From Candidatus Eiseniibacteriota bacterium (GTDB taxonomy: Bacteria; Eisenbacteria; RBG-16-71-46; JABDJR01): 64,000 nt of DNA. The notes beneath the pieces were generated by a model. The model saw only the letters and a program-made list of their open reading frames with translations. It made no database searches and was not told where the DNA came from. The stretch lies in contig CAWANH010000028.1 of the NCBI GenBank assembly GCA_963783375.1, forward strand, positions 160,001 to 224,000, written 5' to 3'. A program made the translations under genes and the position numbers. The first letter of the stretch is position 1; each line of letters opens with the position of its first letter. Shown piece by piece: positions 30,161 through 38,722 of the stretch.

Positions 30161-31461
30161 CAGGCCGTTTCCTCCACTTCGCCGGGGACCGTCTTGGCCA
30201 CGGTCACGTCGGCCTTCTCCGAGAGTCTATCGAGAACTCGCCGCCGGAACAAATCATCCCGCAGGCGTTCCAGGTCGCCTTCCTTCTTGATCCGGGCCTT
30301 GACCTTTTCCACCGGCTGGCCTTCCCGCTCGGCGTAGGACGAAAGCTCCTTGTCGAGGTCCTCCTCGGTGACCTCGATCCCCTCCTGCCGCCCGACCGAT
30401 TCCATGAGGATGTCCATGCGGTACTGGCGCTCCACGTGGCTCCGGTACTGCTCCCGGACCCGCGATTCCTCGTCCGGAGGCATGTTGGGGTTTTCCTTCT
30501 CCACCCGTTCCATGATCCGGTCCAGGGTGGAGTCCACCACTCCCCGGGGAAGCTCGAACGGGTTCAACTCCAGGAGCCGGTTCACCAGATTCGACTCCAT
30601 GTCCTGCATGGAGCGCATGCGCGCTTCGGCCTCGTGGTTCAGGCGAATGCGCGACTTCAGGTCCTCCAGGGTGGCGTCCTCGGTCCCGAGGACCTTCTTG
30701 GCGAAAGCGTCGTCGAGGGCGGGCCAGATCTTCTCCTGCACCTTTCCCACCGTCACGTGGAACCGCCGGGAGGACCCCGCCAGCTTCTCGTCCGGATAGT
30801 CCGCCGGATAGTCCAGGGGGACCTCCTTCATGTCGCCGACCACGGTTCCCATGAGCTCGCGGTTGAACGCTTCCGGCGTCCGCGTGCTCCCCAGCTCCAG
30901 GGATACTTCCACCGGCTCCTGTTCGGGATCGGACTTTCCGGAGGCATCCAATTCCCGGTAGCGCACCACCACCACGTCCCCGCCGTGGGCAGGCCGGTCC
31001 GCCTCCTCCAGGTCCGCGTTCTGGTCCCGGAGGTGATCCAGGGTGCGGTTCAGATCCTCCTCCTGAATGTCGGGTTGATCGCGGGTGAGCTTGAGTCCTT
31101 CGTAGCCCGTAATTTCAACCTGGGGCATGACCTCCACCGTGGCGGTGAAGACCAGGGGCTGGCCGGGGTTGAACTTGAGGTTCGAGATGCGGGGATCGCC
31201 CAGGGGCTTGAGATCGGCATCCTTGAGCGCACCGTCCAGGGCGTCGGGGATTACCCGGCGGAGCACCTCCCCCTCGATGTCGTCGCCCAGGTGCTTGCGG
31301 GCCAGCTCGGCCGGGACCTTGCCCTTGCGGAAGCCGGGGAGCACCAGGCGGCGCCGGTACTCCTCCACCACCCGGTCAAGCTCCCGGTCCACCACCGCGG
31401 ACTCCACCTCGATCTCCAGGACCCGCTTCCAGGCCGGCTCTTCCTTGACGTTCACCTTCAT
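30160..31461 (-). CDS. tig: Trigger factor
   Basis: PGFRKGKVP ribosome-binding motif; canonical tig-clpP-clpX-lon order. Confidence 0.93.
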   Translation of the reverse strand: MKVNVKEEPAWKRVLEIEVESAVVDRELDRVVEEYRRRLVLPGFRKGKVPAELARKHLGDDIEGEVLRRVIPDALDGALKDADLKPLGDPRISNLKFNPGQPLVFTATVEVMPQVEITGYEGLKLTRDQPDIQEEDLNRTLDHLRDQNADLEEADRPAHGGDVVVVRYRELDASGKSDPEQEPVEVSLELGSTRTPEAFNRELMGTVVGDMKEVPLDYPADYPDEKLAGSSRRFHVTVGKVQEKIWPALDDAFAKKVLGTEDATLEDLKSRIRLNHEAEARMRSMQDMESNLVNRLLELNPFELPRGVVDSTLDRIMERVEKENPNMPPDEESRVREQYRSHVERQYRMDILMESVGRQEGIEVTEEDLDKELSSYAEREGQPVEKVKARIKKEGDLERLRDDLFRRRVLDRLSEKADVTVAKTVPGEVEETA

Positions 31462-31595
31462 GACGGCTCAGATCTCCTTAAACCAATTTAATTCAAAGGA
31501 TTACAGACTTTTCCGGGGGCGCGGCCGGCGCCTTCCCCCGGCCCCCCGGCGACCCGTCCGAGGCCTCGGCGCCCACCCCCCCGGCGACCCGGACG

Positions 31596-31680
31596 TGGTG
31601 CGAGAGGGGGGACTTGAACCCCCACGGGTTTCCCCACTGGAACCTAAATCCAGCGCGTCTGCCAGTTCCGCCACTCTCGC
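31596..31680 (-). tRNA. tRNA-Leu(TAG)
   Basis: GCGAGAGTGGCGGAACTGGCAGACGCGCTGGATTTAGGTTCCAG..GGTTCAAGTCCCCCCTCTCGCACCA; long variable arm; typical position upstream of tig. Confidence 0.96.
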
Positions 31681-31884
31681 GCGCGGGGGGGCGGGACGGA
31701 GAACGGGCGAGTATACCACGCCCCCGGCGAAGGAGCCCGGGGGGGAGGTCGGCCATTTTGCAGAGGTCCGGAACGCGCCGGGCCCCCCGCTCACGGGGGC
31801 GGGGCGTCGGCGAACCGGGCCCCCCGCCCGCCTGGACCGGCGGGCCGGGCGGGCGTTGTTTCGCTCTCACTTCCCCTCGGGCTC

Positions 31885-32078
31885 CCGCGGCCGCTTCCGG
31901 CCGATGGGGTCCGTTCGATTGCCCCCGGCCCGCGGCAGTCGCTTCCGGCCCCGGGACTCCGTTCGACTAGCCCCGGACCGCGGCAATCGCTTCCGGCCCG
32001 GGGACTCCGCTCGACCAGCCCCGGACCGCGGCGATCGCTTCCGGCCCGGGGACTCCGCTCGACTAGCCCCGGACCGCC
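31885..32078. repeat. ~4 x 48-bp tandem repeat overlapping the 3' end of the leuB-like gene
   Basis: CGCTTCCGG recurs at 31892, 31940, 31988 and 32036; the unit contains the stop-codon segment CTAGCCCCGGACCGC. Confidence 0.85.
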
Positions 32079-33118
32079 GCAGCCAGGATGTCCCCGATCT
32101 GGGAAGTGGAGAGCCCGCAGTTCGCGGTCAGCCCCGGGATCTTCCTGGACCGGAGGTTCTCGGCGATGGCGTTCTCGACCGTCGTCGCGGCCTCGGTTTC
32201 TCCCACGAAATCCAGCAGCATCTGGGCCGAGGCCACCGCGGCCACCGGGTTGGCCACGTTCTTCCCCGCATACTTGGGGGCCGAGCCGTGGATGGGTTCG
32301 AACATGCCGTCCTTGCCGGGGTGGATGTTGCCGCTGGCCGCCGCCCCCATGCCGCCCTGGATCATGGCTCCGAGATCGGTGATGATGTCGCCGAACATGT
32401 TGGGGACCACCACGGTGTCGAACCAGTCGGGGTTCTTGACCAGCCACATGGTGGTGGCGTCCACGTAGGCGTGGTCCTGCTCGATGTCGGGGTACTCGGT
32501 TCCGACCTCGGCGAAGGTGCGGGTCCAGAGGTCGTAGGCCCGGACCGCGTTGGCCTTGTCGACCATGGTCAGCTTCTTCCGCTTCCGGCCGCGGGCGACC
32601 TCGAAGGCGTAGCGGATGATCCGCTCGGTGCCCTTCCGGGTAAGGAGCAGTTCCTGGGTGGCCACCTCGTCCGGGGTTCCCTTCTTGAAGAACCCGTGGG
32701 TGCCCACGTAGAGGTCCTCGGTGTTCTCCCGAAGGATGACCATGTCCACCTTCTCCGGGGTCATGTTCTTCAGGGGGCAGAGGTGCTCGGCGTAAAGCTT
32801 GATGGGCCGGAGGTTCACGTAGAGATCCAGCCCGAACCGGCAACCGGCCACCACCGCCCGCTCCAGGAGCCCGGTCTCCATCCGCGGGTCGCCGATGGCC
32901 CCCAGGAGCACCGCGTCCTGCTGGCGGTACTCGTCCAGGGCGGAGTCCGGCATGAGAACGCCGGTCTCGAGGAAGTGATTCCCGCTCCAGGGATAGTGGG
33001 TGGTCTTGAGGCCGAAGCCGTAACGCTCCCCGGCCGCCTTCAAAACCTTTAGCGCCTCGTCGGTGACTTCGGGGCCGATCCCGTCCCCCGGGATCACAGC
33101 GATGGTGTAGGTCTTCAA
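32063..33118 (-). CDS. leuB: 3-isopropylmalate dehydrogenase-like beta-decarboxylating dehydrogenase
   Basis: IAVIPGDGIGPEV, LYVNLRP, RENTE, NMFGDIITD, FEPIHGSAP. Substrate uncertain (tartrate/D-malate is possible). Confidence 0.75.
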   Translation of the reverse strand: MKTYTIAVIPGDGIGPEVTDEALKVLKAAGERYGFGLKTTHYPWSGNHFLETGVLMPDSALDEYRQQDAVLLGAIGDPRMETGLLERAVVAGCRFGLDLYVNLRPIKLYAEHLCPLKNMTPEKVDMVILRENTEDLYVGTHGFFKKGTPDEVATQELLLTRKGTERIIRYAFEVARGRKRKKLTMVDKANAVRAYDLWTRTFAEVGTEYPDIEQDHAYVDATTMWLVKNPDWFDTVVVPNMFGDIITDLGAMIQGGMGAAASGNIHPGKDGMFEPIHGSAPKYAGKNVANPVAAVASAQMLLDFVGETEAATTVENAIAENLRSRKIPGLTANCGLSTSQIGDILAAAVRG

Positions 33119-33167
33119 GCTCGTCTACCTCGCGCCGGGGACGTTCGGCCCCGGATGGTTTCGCGGT

Positions 33168-33420
33168 TTCAGGGACGCTCCACGATCATGGCGATCCCCT
33201 GCCCGCGTTGATATCGATTTCAGGGACGCTTTACGGTCCCGGCTCACCCTCGATGACGATCTCGGGGAGGCTCCACCATCCCTCGCCCGCCCCGTCGGCG
33301 GGTTCAGGGACGCTCCACCGGCCGCCTGGCCGGCGCGCCGCATGGAGGCTCCACCATCCCTCGCCCGCCCCGGCGGCGGGTTCAGGGACGCTCCACGATC
33401 ATGGCGATCCCCTGCCCGCC
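33168..33420. repeat. Direct repeats copying the thiolase 3' end
   Basis: TTCAGGGACGCTCCACGATCATGGCGATCCCCTGCCCGC at 33168 and at 33381 (the gene end); partial copies at 33219 and 33303. Confidence 0.8.
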
Positions 33421-34596
33421 TCCGATGCAGGCGCTGGCCACGCCGCGCCGGGCCCCCCGGCGCTTCATCTCCATGGTCAGGGTCAATAGAAGCCTGGCCC
33501 CGGTGGCCCCCAGGGGGTGGCCGAGGGCGATGGCGCCTCCGTTCACGTTCACCTTCTCCCGGTCCAGACCCAGCTCCTTCTCCACCGCCAGGTACTGGCC
33601 GGCGAAGGCCTCGTTGATCTCGATCAGGTCGAGGTCCCCGATCGTAAGCTCCGCCTTTTCGAGGGCCCGGCGGATGGCCGGCGCGGGCCCGATCCCCATC
33701 TCGCTCGGCTCCACCCCCACGTAGGCCCAGGACACGATCCGGGCCAGGGGCTCGCCCCCCATCGCCTTCGCGCTCGCCTCGTCGGCCACCACCAGGGCGG
33801 CGGCCCCGTCCACGATCCCGCTGGCGTTCCCGGCGGTGACCATGCCGTCCTTGCTGAAGGCGGGCGGAAGCTGGGCGAGCTGCTCCAGGTCGGTGTGGGT
33901 CCGCATGTGGTCGTCGTCGGCCACCTTCACCGTCTTCCCGCGGCCGGCGGGCGCCTCGACCGGAACGATCTCCTCGGCGAGGATCCCGGCGTCGCGAGCC
34001 CGCGTGGCCTCGGAGTGGCTGCGCAGGGCGTAGAGGTCCTGCTCCTCGCGCGTCACCCCGTATCTGGTCGCCAGCTTCTCCGCGGTCTGGGCCATGTAGA
34101 GCCCGCACTGGGTATCCAGGAGCCCGACCATGAGCGTGTCCTCGAGCTTGCCCTGGCCGAGCTTGAACCCGCGGCGGGCCCCGCGGATCACGTGCGGGGC
34201 CTGGCTCATGTTCTCGGTGCCTCCGGCGAGGATGATCTTCGACTCGCCGAGAAGGATCTGCTCGGCGGAATTGATCACCGCCTGGATGCCGGAGCCGCAG
34301 AGCCGATTCACGGTGAGGGCGGGGACCGGCACCGGCACCCCCGCGCGGAGCCCGATGTGGCGGGCCCCGTAGATCGCGTCCCCCGAGGTCTGCATCACGT
34401 TTCCGAAGATGACCTGGTCGATGCGGTCGGCGGCGACCCCGCTCCGCTCCAGGGCCGCGACCGAGGCGGTGACCGCGAGATCGATGGCCGAGACCCGGCC
34501 GAGCGCGCCCCCGGGCCGGCCGTCCCCGGTCTTCGATCCCTCGTACTCGCACATGGGGGTGCGGGCGCCGTTCACGATGTAGACGGCTTTGGCCAT
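33382..34596 (-). CDS. Thiolase (acetyl-CoA C-acyltransferase)
   Basis: NRLCGSG, NEAFA, GGAIALGHPLGATG, CIGGGQG. Confidence 0.95.
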   Translation of the reverse strand: MAKAVYIVNGARTPMCEYEGSKTGDGRPGGALGRVSAIDLAVTASVAALERSGVAADRIDQVIFGNVMQTSGDAIYGARHIGLRAGVPVPVPALTVNRLCGSGIQAVINSAEQILLGESKIILAGGTENMSQAPHVIRGARRGFKLGQGKLEDTLMVGLLDTQCGLYMAQTAEKLATRYGVTREEQDLYALRSHSEATRARDAGILAEEIVPVEAPAGRGKTVKVADDDHMRTHTDLEQLAQLPPAFSKDGMVTAGNASGIVDGAAALVVADEASAKAMGGEPLARIVSWAYVGVEPSEMGIGPAPAIRRALEKAELTIGDLDLIEINEAFAGQYLAVEKELGLDREKVNVNGGAIALGHPLGATGARLLLTLTMEMKRRGARRGVASACIGGGQGIAMIVERP

Positions 34597-34624
34597 CAAA
34601 TGTCTCCGTTCGCGTTCATCGAGG

Positions 34625-34798
34625 CGCGGTCGGTCATTTCGGTTGTCCCGGTCGTAGCGCTTGTCTCGGTCGTTGCAGTTGAATCGGGCGCTGCGGTTGT
34701 CTCGGTCATTGCGTTCGTATCGGTCGATGCGGTTGTATCCGGCGCCGCGTTCGTATCGGTCGCTGCGGTTGTCTCGGTCGTAGCGGTTGTCTCGATCT
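34625..34798. repeat. Degenerate 18-bp tandem repeat (~9-10 copies)
   Basis: CGGTC-type core with period 18 (34631, 34649, 34667, 34703, 34721, 34757, 34775); consensus ~GCGGTTGTCTCGGTCGTA. Confidence 0.7.
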
Positions 34799-34962
34799 CC
34801 GCGGCGGCCGGGCGCCCCGCCCGCGTCCCGCGTTGGCCGGCGGTCGAACCGTACCGCCCGGCCCGTCAGCCGAGCCCGTCAGCCGAGTCCGTCCCTCGCC
34901 GCCCGGCGGTCGAGCCGTACCGCACGGCCCGTCAGCCGAGCCCGTCCCTCGCCGCCCGGCGG

Positions 34963-35745
34963 TCAGTTCCCCTTGAAATCCGGTTTGCGTTTCTCCAGGA
35001 AGGCGGCCGTCCCTTCCTTCATGTCGTCGGTGGCGGCGGAAAGCCCGAAGAGGTGCGCCTCCCAGCCCAGAGCATCGTCGAGCCCCATCTCCATCCCCCC
35101 GTGGACCGCCTCCATGGAGAACCGGAGCGCGAGGGGCCCCTTCTCCATCAGGGTACCCGCGAGCTTCCGAGCCGCATCCATGAGCTCGGCGGCGGGCACC
35201 ACCTGGTTCACCAATCCCATGGACAGAGCTTCCTCGGCCTTCACCATCCGGCCGGTCAGGATCAGGTCCATGGCGCGCCCCTTCCCCACCAGCCGGGCCA
35301 GGCGCTGGGTGCCCCCGTAGCCGGGGATGATCCCCAGGTTCACCTCGGGCTGACCCAGGCGGGCAGTGTCCGCGGCGACCCTCAGCGTACAGGCCATGGC
35401 AACCTCGCAGCCGCCCCCCAGGGCGAACCCGTTGATTGCGGCGATGATCGGTTTCCCCAAAAGCTCCATCTCCCGGGTCAACCGCTGGCCGCGCCGGGCG
35501 AAGTCTACCGCCTCCACCGTCCCCAGCCGGGCCAGCTCGGCGATGTCGGCGCCGGCGGCGAAGGCCTTCTCCCCGCTCCCGGTCAGGATCACCACCTTGA
35601 CCGCGGGGTCGTGCTTGGCCCGGGACACGGCCTCGGAGAGTTCGCCGACGAGCTGGACGTTGAGGGCGTTCAGGACCTGTGGACGGTTGAGCGTCACCAG
35701 GGCGATGCCGCCTTCGGTTGTGTAGGACAGGGTCTCGAATGCCAT
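34963..35745 (-). CDS. Enoyl-CoA hydratase (crotonase family)
   Basis: MAFETLSY..; KAFAAGADI, GFALGGGCE, GQPEVNLGIIPGYGGTQRL; ATG overlaps the hbd stop. Confidence 0.93.
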   Translation of the reverse strand: MAFETLSYTTEGGIALVTLNRPQVLNALNVQLVGELSEAVSRAKHDPAVKVVILTGSGEKAFAAGADIAELARLGTVEAVDFARRGQRLTREMELLGKPIIAAINGFALGGGCEVAMACTLRVAADTARLGQPEVNLGIIPGYGGTQRLARLVGKGRAMDLILTGRMVKAEEALSMGLVNQVVPAAELMDAARKLAGTLMEKGPLALRFSMEAVHGGMEMGLDDALGWEAHLFGLSAATDDMKEGTAAFLEKRKPDFKGN

Positions 35746-36629
35746 CAGATGAGTCCTTCCGTGGGCCGGGGCGGATCCTGGGAGTAGTCGTAGAACCCCT
35801 TCCCCGATTTCCGCCCGTAGTACCCGGCCAGGACCATGCGCTTGAGCAGGGTCGGCGCGGCGTACTGCGGGCCCTTGAATTCGTCGAACATGATGTTCGC
35901 GATGTAGTAGGTGGTGTCGAGGCCGACGAAGTCGAGGAGCGTGAACGGTCCCATGGGGTGGCCGGTGCCGAGCTTCATCCCCTGGTCGATGTCCTCGATC
36001 GAGGCCACGCCCTTCTCCAGGGCGCGAACCGCGTCGAGGAGGTAGGGAACGAGGAGCAGGTTGACCACGAACCCCGGGCTGTCCTTGACCAGGATGGGCG
36101 ACTTGCCGAGCTTCCGCGCGAAGGCCATCCCGGTTTCCACGGTGTCCGGGGAGGTGCGGACGGTCTTCACCACCTCCACCAGCTTCATGACGGGAACCGG
36201 GTTGAAGAAGTGGAGGCCGAGAAAGCGCTCGGGGCGGCCGGTCATGGCTGCCATCTCGGTGATCGAAAGGCTCGAGGTGTTGCTGGCCAGGACCGTGGTC
36301 TCGGGGCAGGCGCGGTCGAGGACGGTGAAGACCTCGCGCTTGAGATCGATGCTTTCGGTGACCGCTTCGATGACCAGGTCCGATTCGCCCAGGGCTTCCA
36401 GGTCGGTGGTCCCCTGGATGCGGGCGAGGGCGGCGTCCGCGTCCTCGCGGGAGAGCTTGCTCTTGGCCACCGCGCCGTCCAGGAACTTCCGGATCCGGGC
36501 GAGGCCCTTGTCGAGGAGAGCCTGATCGACCTCGCGAACCGTGACCTTGAGGCCGGCCTGGGCCGCGCTCTGAACGATGCCGGCGCCCATGAGTCCGCAC
36601 CCGACCACGCCCACCCGTTTCACTTCCAT
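35745..36629 (-). CDS. hbd: 3-hydroxybutyryl-CoA dehydrogenase
   Basis: GVVGCGLMGAGI, ASNTSS, HFFNPVPVMKLVE, PMGPFTLLDFVGLD. Confidence 0.9.
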   Translation of the reverse strand: MEVKRVGVVGCGLMGAGIVQSAAQAGLKVTVREVDQALLDKGLARIRKFLDGAVAKSKLSREDADAALARIQGTTDLEALGESDLVIEAVTESIDLKREVFTVLDRACPETTVLASNTSSLSITEMAAMTGRPERFLGLHFFNPVPVMKLVEVVKTVRTSPDTVETGMAFARKLGKSPILVKDSPGFVVNLLLVPYLLDAVRALEKGVASIEDIDQGMKLGTGHPMGPFTLLDFVGLDTTYYIANIMFDEFKGPQYAAPTLLKRMVLAGYYGRKSGKGFYDYSQDPPRPTEGLI

Positions 36630-36894
36630 GGGGTTCTCCTTGATCCGGGCGCACTGCCGGCGCGCCGGCGGCGCAATCGTCGGCGACACGCGAGGGCAAT
36701 GCCCGACCGGCGTCTGACTGATTGTGAATAACCGGGGCGGCCGTAGCGAACCGGCGTCGCGCCATCCGGGAGATTCGTCAGAAGGAACGGCTCGGGGAGC
36801 ACCACCGATCCGTCGGGAATCGAGGCCAAAAGGCTAGCACCGGGTTCGATCGCCGACAAGCACGGGTGGGTTCGGGGTGGCGCCACCGTCGCGG

Positions 36895-38589
36895 TCAACC
36901 GACTGATTCGGTCCGGTTGTCGCCCCGTGGAATCGGGCTGGCCCCCGGCGGGGGGACTCCGGTGCGATGGATTGCCGCCGCACCGACCGACGACGCCTCC
37001 CCGGGTTCGCGACGAGGCGTCCTAGGCGACGCCTCCCCGGGTTCGCGACGAGGCGTCCTAGGCGATGCTTCCCCGGGTTCGCGAAGAGGCGTTCTAGGCG
37101 ATGCTTCCCCGGGTACACGATTCGGCGATCCTGGCGATGCCTCCCCGGATTCGCGATGACGCGCCCTGGGCAGTGCTTCCCCGGGTACACATTGAGAGGG
37201 GAGCTCCGCGCACTTCCGTTCGATGTGCGCTTCCGCGCGCTCCCGCGCGCGGTCCCCCATCTCGTGGATGGCGCGGTGGCAGCTCGCGCAGAGGGTCACC
37301 AGGTTTTCCATCGTGTTCGCTCCCCCGGCCGCACGCGGTGACCGGTGGTGCACGGCGAGGAACCGCGAGCTTCCGCACCCCGCAACGCAACAACGGTGAC
37401 CATCCCGCTCCAGGACCGCCCGGCGGAGCGACGGCGGAATCGTCGCCCGGTTCCGCTTCCCGGGGCGATGAACCTGCGCATCACAGAGGACGGCTTCCAG
37501 TTCGGCGGCACGGAGGGACTTCGACCCGCGGCCCGTCACGACAGCGCCCGTGTTGCAGTCCGGGCACTGCTGAACGACGACCTGGTAGGTCCGGAGCGGC
37601 GCTCGCCAGGTCGCCTCGGGTGGGCCGGCCGGAGCTTCGTGGACGCGGATGCCGCCTGCCGCCCTGGGCTCAGGTTCGGCGGCACCGGCGTGACCGGGCC
37701 GCACCCCGGTCCGGGCGGAACATCGCGTTCCAAGGACGCCCGGCCCCCGCCTCGACCTTGCGTCTCCGCTCGTCGGCATTTTGGCGGCCGGCCCGGTTCC
37801 GGGAGTAGATGCGTTTCCAACCGTGGACGGCGTTTCATCAAAGGTGATGGGGCGTTCGCCAGCGGCCACCCGCCCCCGGCCCTGCCCGAGCAGCGCGGCG
37901 AGCCCGGCCACGACCAGGTCTTCCACGGGGCCCTTCCAGCCTTCCTTGCGGAGCCTCTCCACCAGGGCGCCATACTCCGCGTACTGGAGCGCGGGGAAGC
38001 GGAGCCGGACCTCCTCGGGCATCGCGCGAATCAGGTCGGGCACCTCGGGGCCCCGAACCACGACGCCATTGCCGGTCGGCGGGGCGTCGTTCGCCTCGGC
38101 AGGCTTGTGTCCGGGCTCCTCAGTGGCCGCCAGCGAGGTTAGAGCGAGACTCCCCTGATCCCGCCCGGGACCACGAGCCTCCCGCGCCCGCCCCCGGGCG
38201 ATCGCGATCTTCTTCTCCAGCGCGCGGCGGCTCGATCGCTTCGCTTCGCTGACCCAGGCGCGTTCGGTCTCGGGTGTGGCCACCCTCACGACCTCCCTCG
38301 CCTTGGTCCAGGGCATCTCTCCGGCGGCGAGAGATCTGTGAAGGATGGGCAGCTCGGCCAGGGACCCCGCGAGGCGGATGTAGGCGGAGCATCGGCTCCT
38401 GGAAAACCCGTGTTGTTCGGCGGTGTAGGCGTAGATCGAGGTGTAGCCGAGCTCGAGGTAGAGCCTGCGGCGAAGGATGTCGGAGAACCAGAGGACGAGG
38501 TTCTTCCGCGCAGCCTCAGCTTCTGTGAGCGTATGACTGAATCGCTCGTGGGCCCGGCGCGCGGGCAGGTTCGGTTCGAATTTCGGCAT
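36895..38589 (-). CDS. HNH endonuclease (~564 aa) with a helical N-terminal region (DUF222-like architecture) and a repetitive C-terminal tail
   Basis: RATIPPSLRRAVLERDGHRCCVAGC..LAVHH..GGANTMENLVTLCASCHRAIH. N-terminus LYLELGYTSIYAY..LAELP..LAAGEMPWTKAREVVRVATPETERAW; a CPDC knuckle precedes the HNH domain. Confidence 0.88.
   Translation of the reverse strand: MPKFEPNLPARRAHERFSHTLTEAEAARKNLVLWFSDILRRRLYLELGYTSIYAYTAEQHGFSRSRCSAYIRLAGSLAELPILHRSLAAGEMPWTKAREVVRVATPETERAWVSEAKRSSRRALEKKIAIARGRAREARGPGRDQGSLALTSLAATEEPGHKPAEANDAPPTGNGVVVRGPEVPDLIRAMPEEVRLRFPALQYAEYGALVERLRKEGWKGPVEDLVVAGLAALLGQGRGRVAAGERPITFDETPSTVGNASTPGTGPAAKMPTSGDARSRRGPGVLGTRCSARTGVRPGHAGAAEPEPRAAGGIRVHEAPAGPPEATWRAPLRTYQVVVQQCPDCNTGAVVTGRGSKSLRAAELEAVLCDAQVHRPGKRNRATIPPSLRRAVLERDGHRCCVAGCGSSRFLAVHHRSPRAAGGANTMENLVTLCASCHRAIHEMGDRARERAEAHIERKCAELPSQCVPGEALPRARHRESGEASPGSPNRVPGEASPRTPLREPGEASPRTPRREPGEASPRTPRREPGEASSVGAAAIHRTGVPPPGASPIPRGDNRTESVG
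36991..37190. repeat. 6 x 36-bp tandem repeat with a GC(C/T)TCCCCGG core in the HNH 3' end
   Basis: Unit starts at 36991, 37027, 37063, 37099, 37135 and 37171; encodes PGEASPRTPRRE-type 12-mers. Confidence 0.9.
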
Positions 38590-38637
38590 GATGCGACCTT
38601 CCCGGAGTTGGATTGGACGGGGAAAGTCGATACCAGG

Positions 38638-38666
38638 AGTATGCCTGGTAGTCATCGATATGTCAA
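38638..38666 (-). promoter_or_regulatory. sigma70 promoter of the HNH gene
   Basis: TTGACA-N17-CATACT with an upstream A/T-rich tract, inside an AT-rich patch of otherwise GC-rich DNA. Confidence 0.75.
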
Positions 38667-38722
38667 TATAAAAAATTCCAAGGAATGCGTTTTTTATGCG
38701 ACGTCCACGTGAGGCAGGTCGT

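Noticed and set aside
19460-31680. tRNA-anchored genomic island
   Set aside because: No integrase and no duplicated tRNA 3' end were seen; the flanking genes are housekeeping.
34963-36765. 600-aa crotonase with a long N-terminal extension
   Set aside because: The extension is an off-frame reading of hbd; the real start is ATG 35745.
36991-37190. TIGR-like 36-nt array
   Set aside because: The period matches, but there are no box C/D-like dual repeats or unique spacers, no Nop domain was recognised, and the units are simple diverged duplicates.
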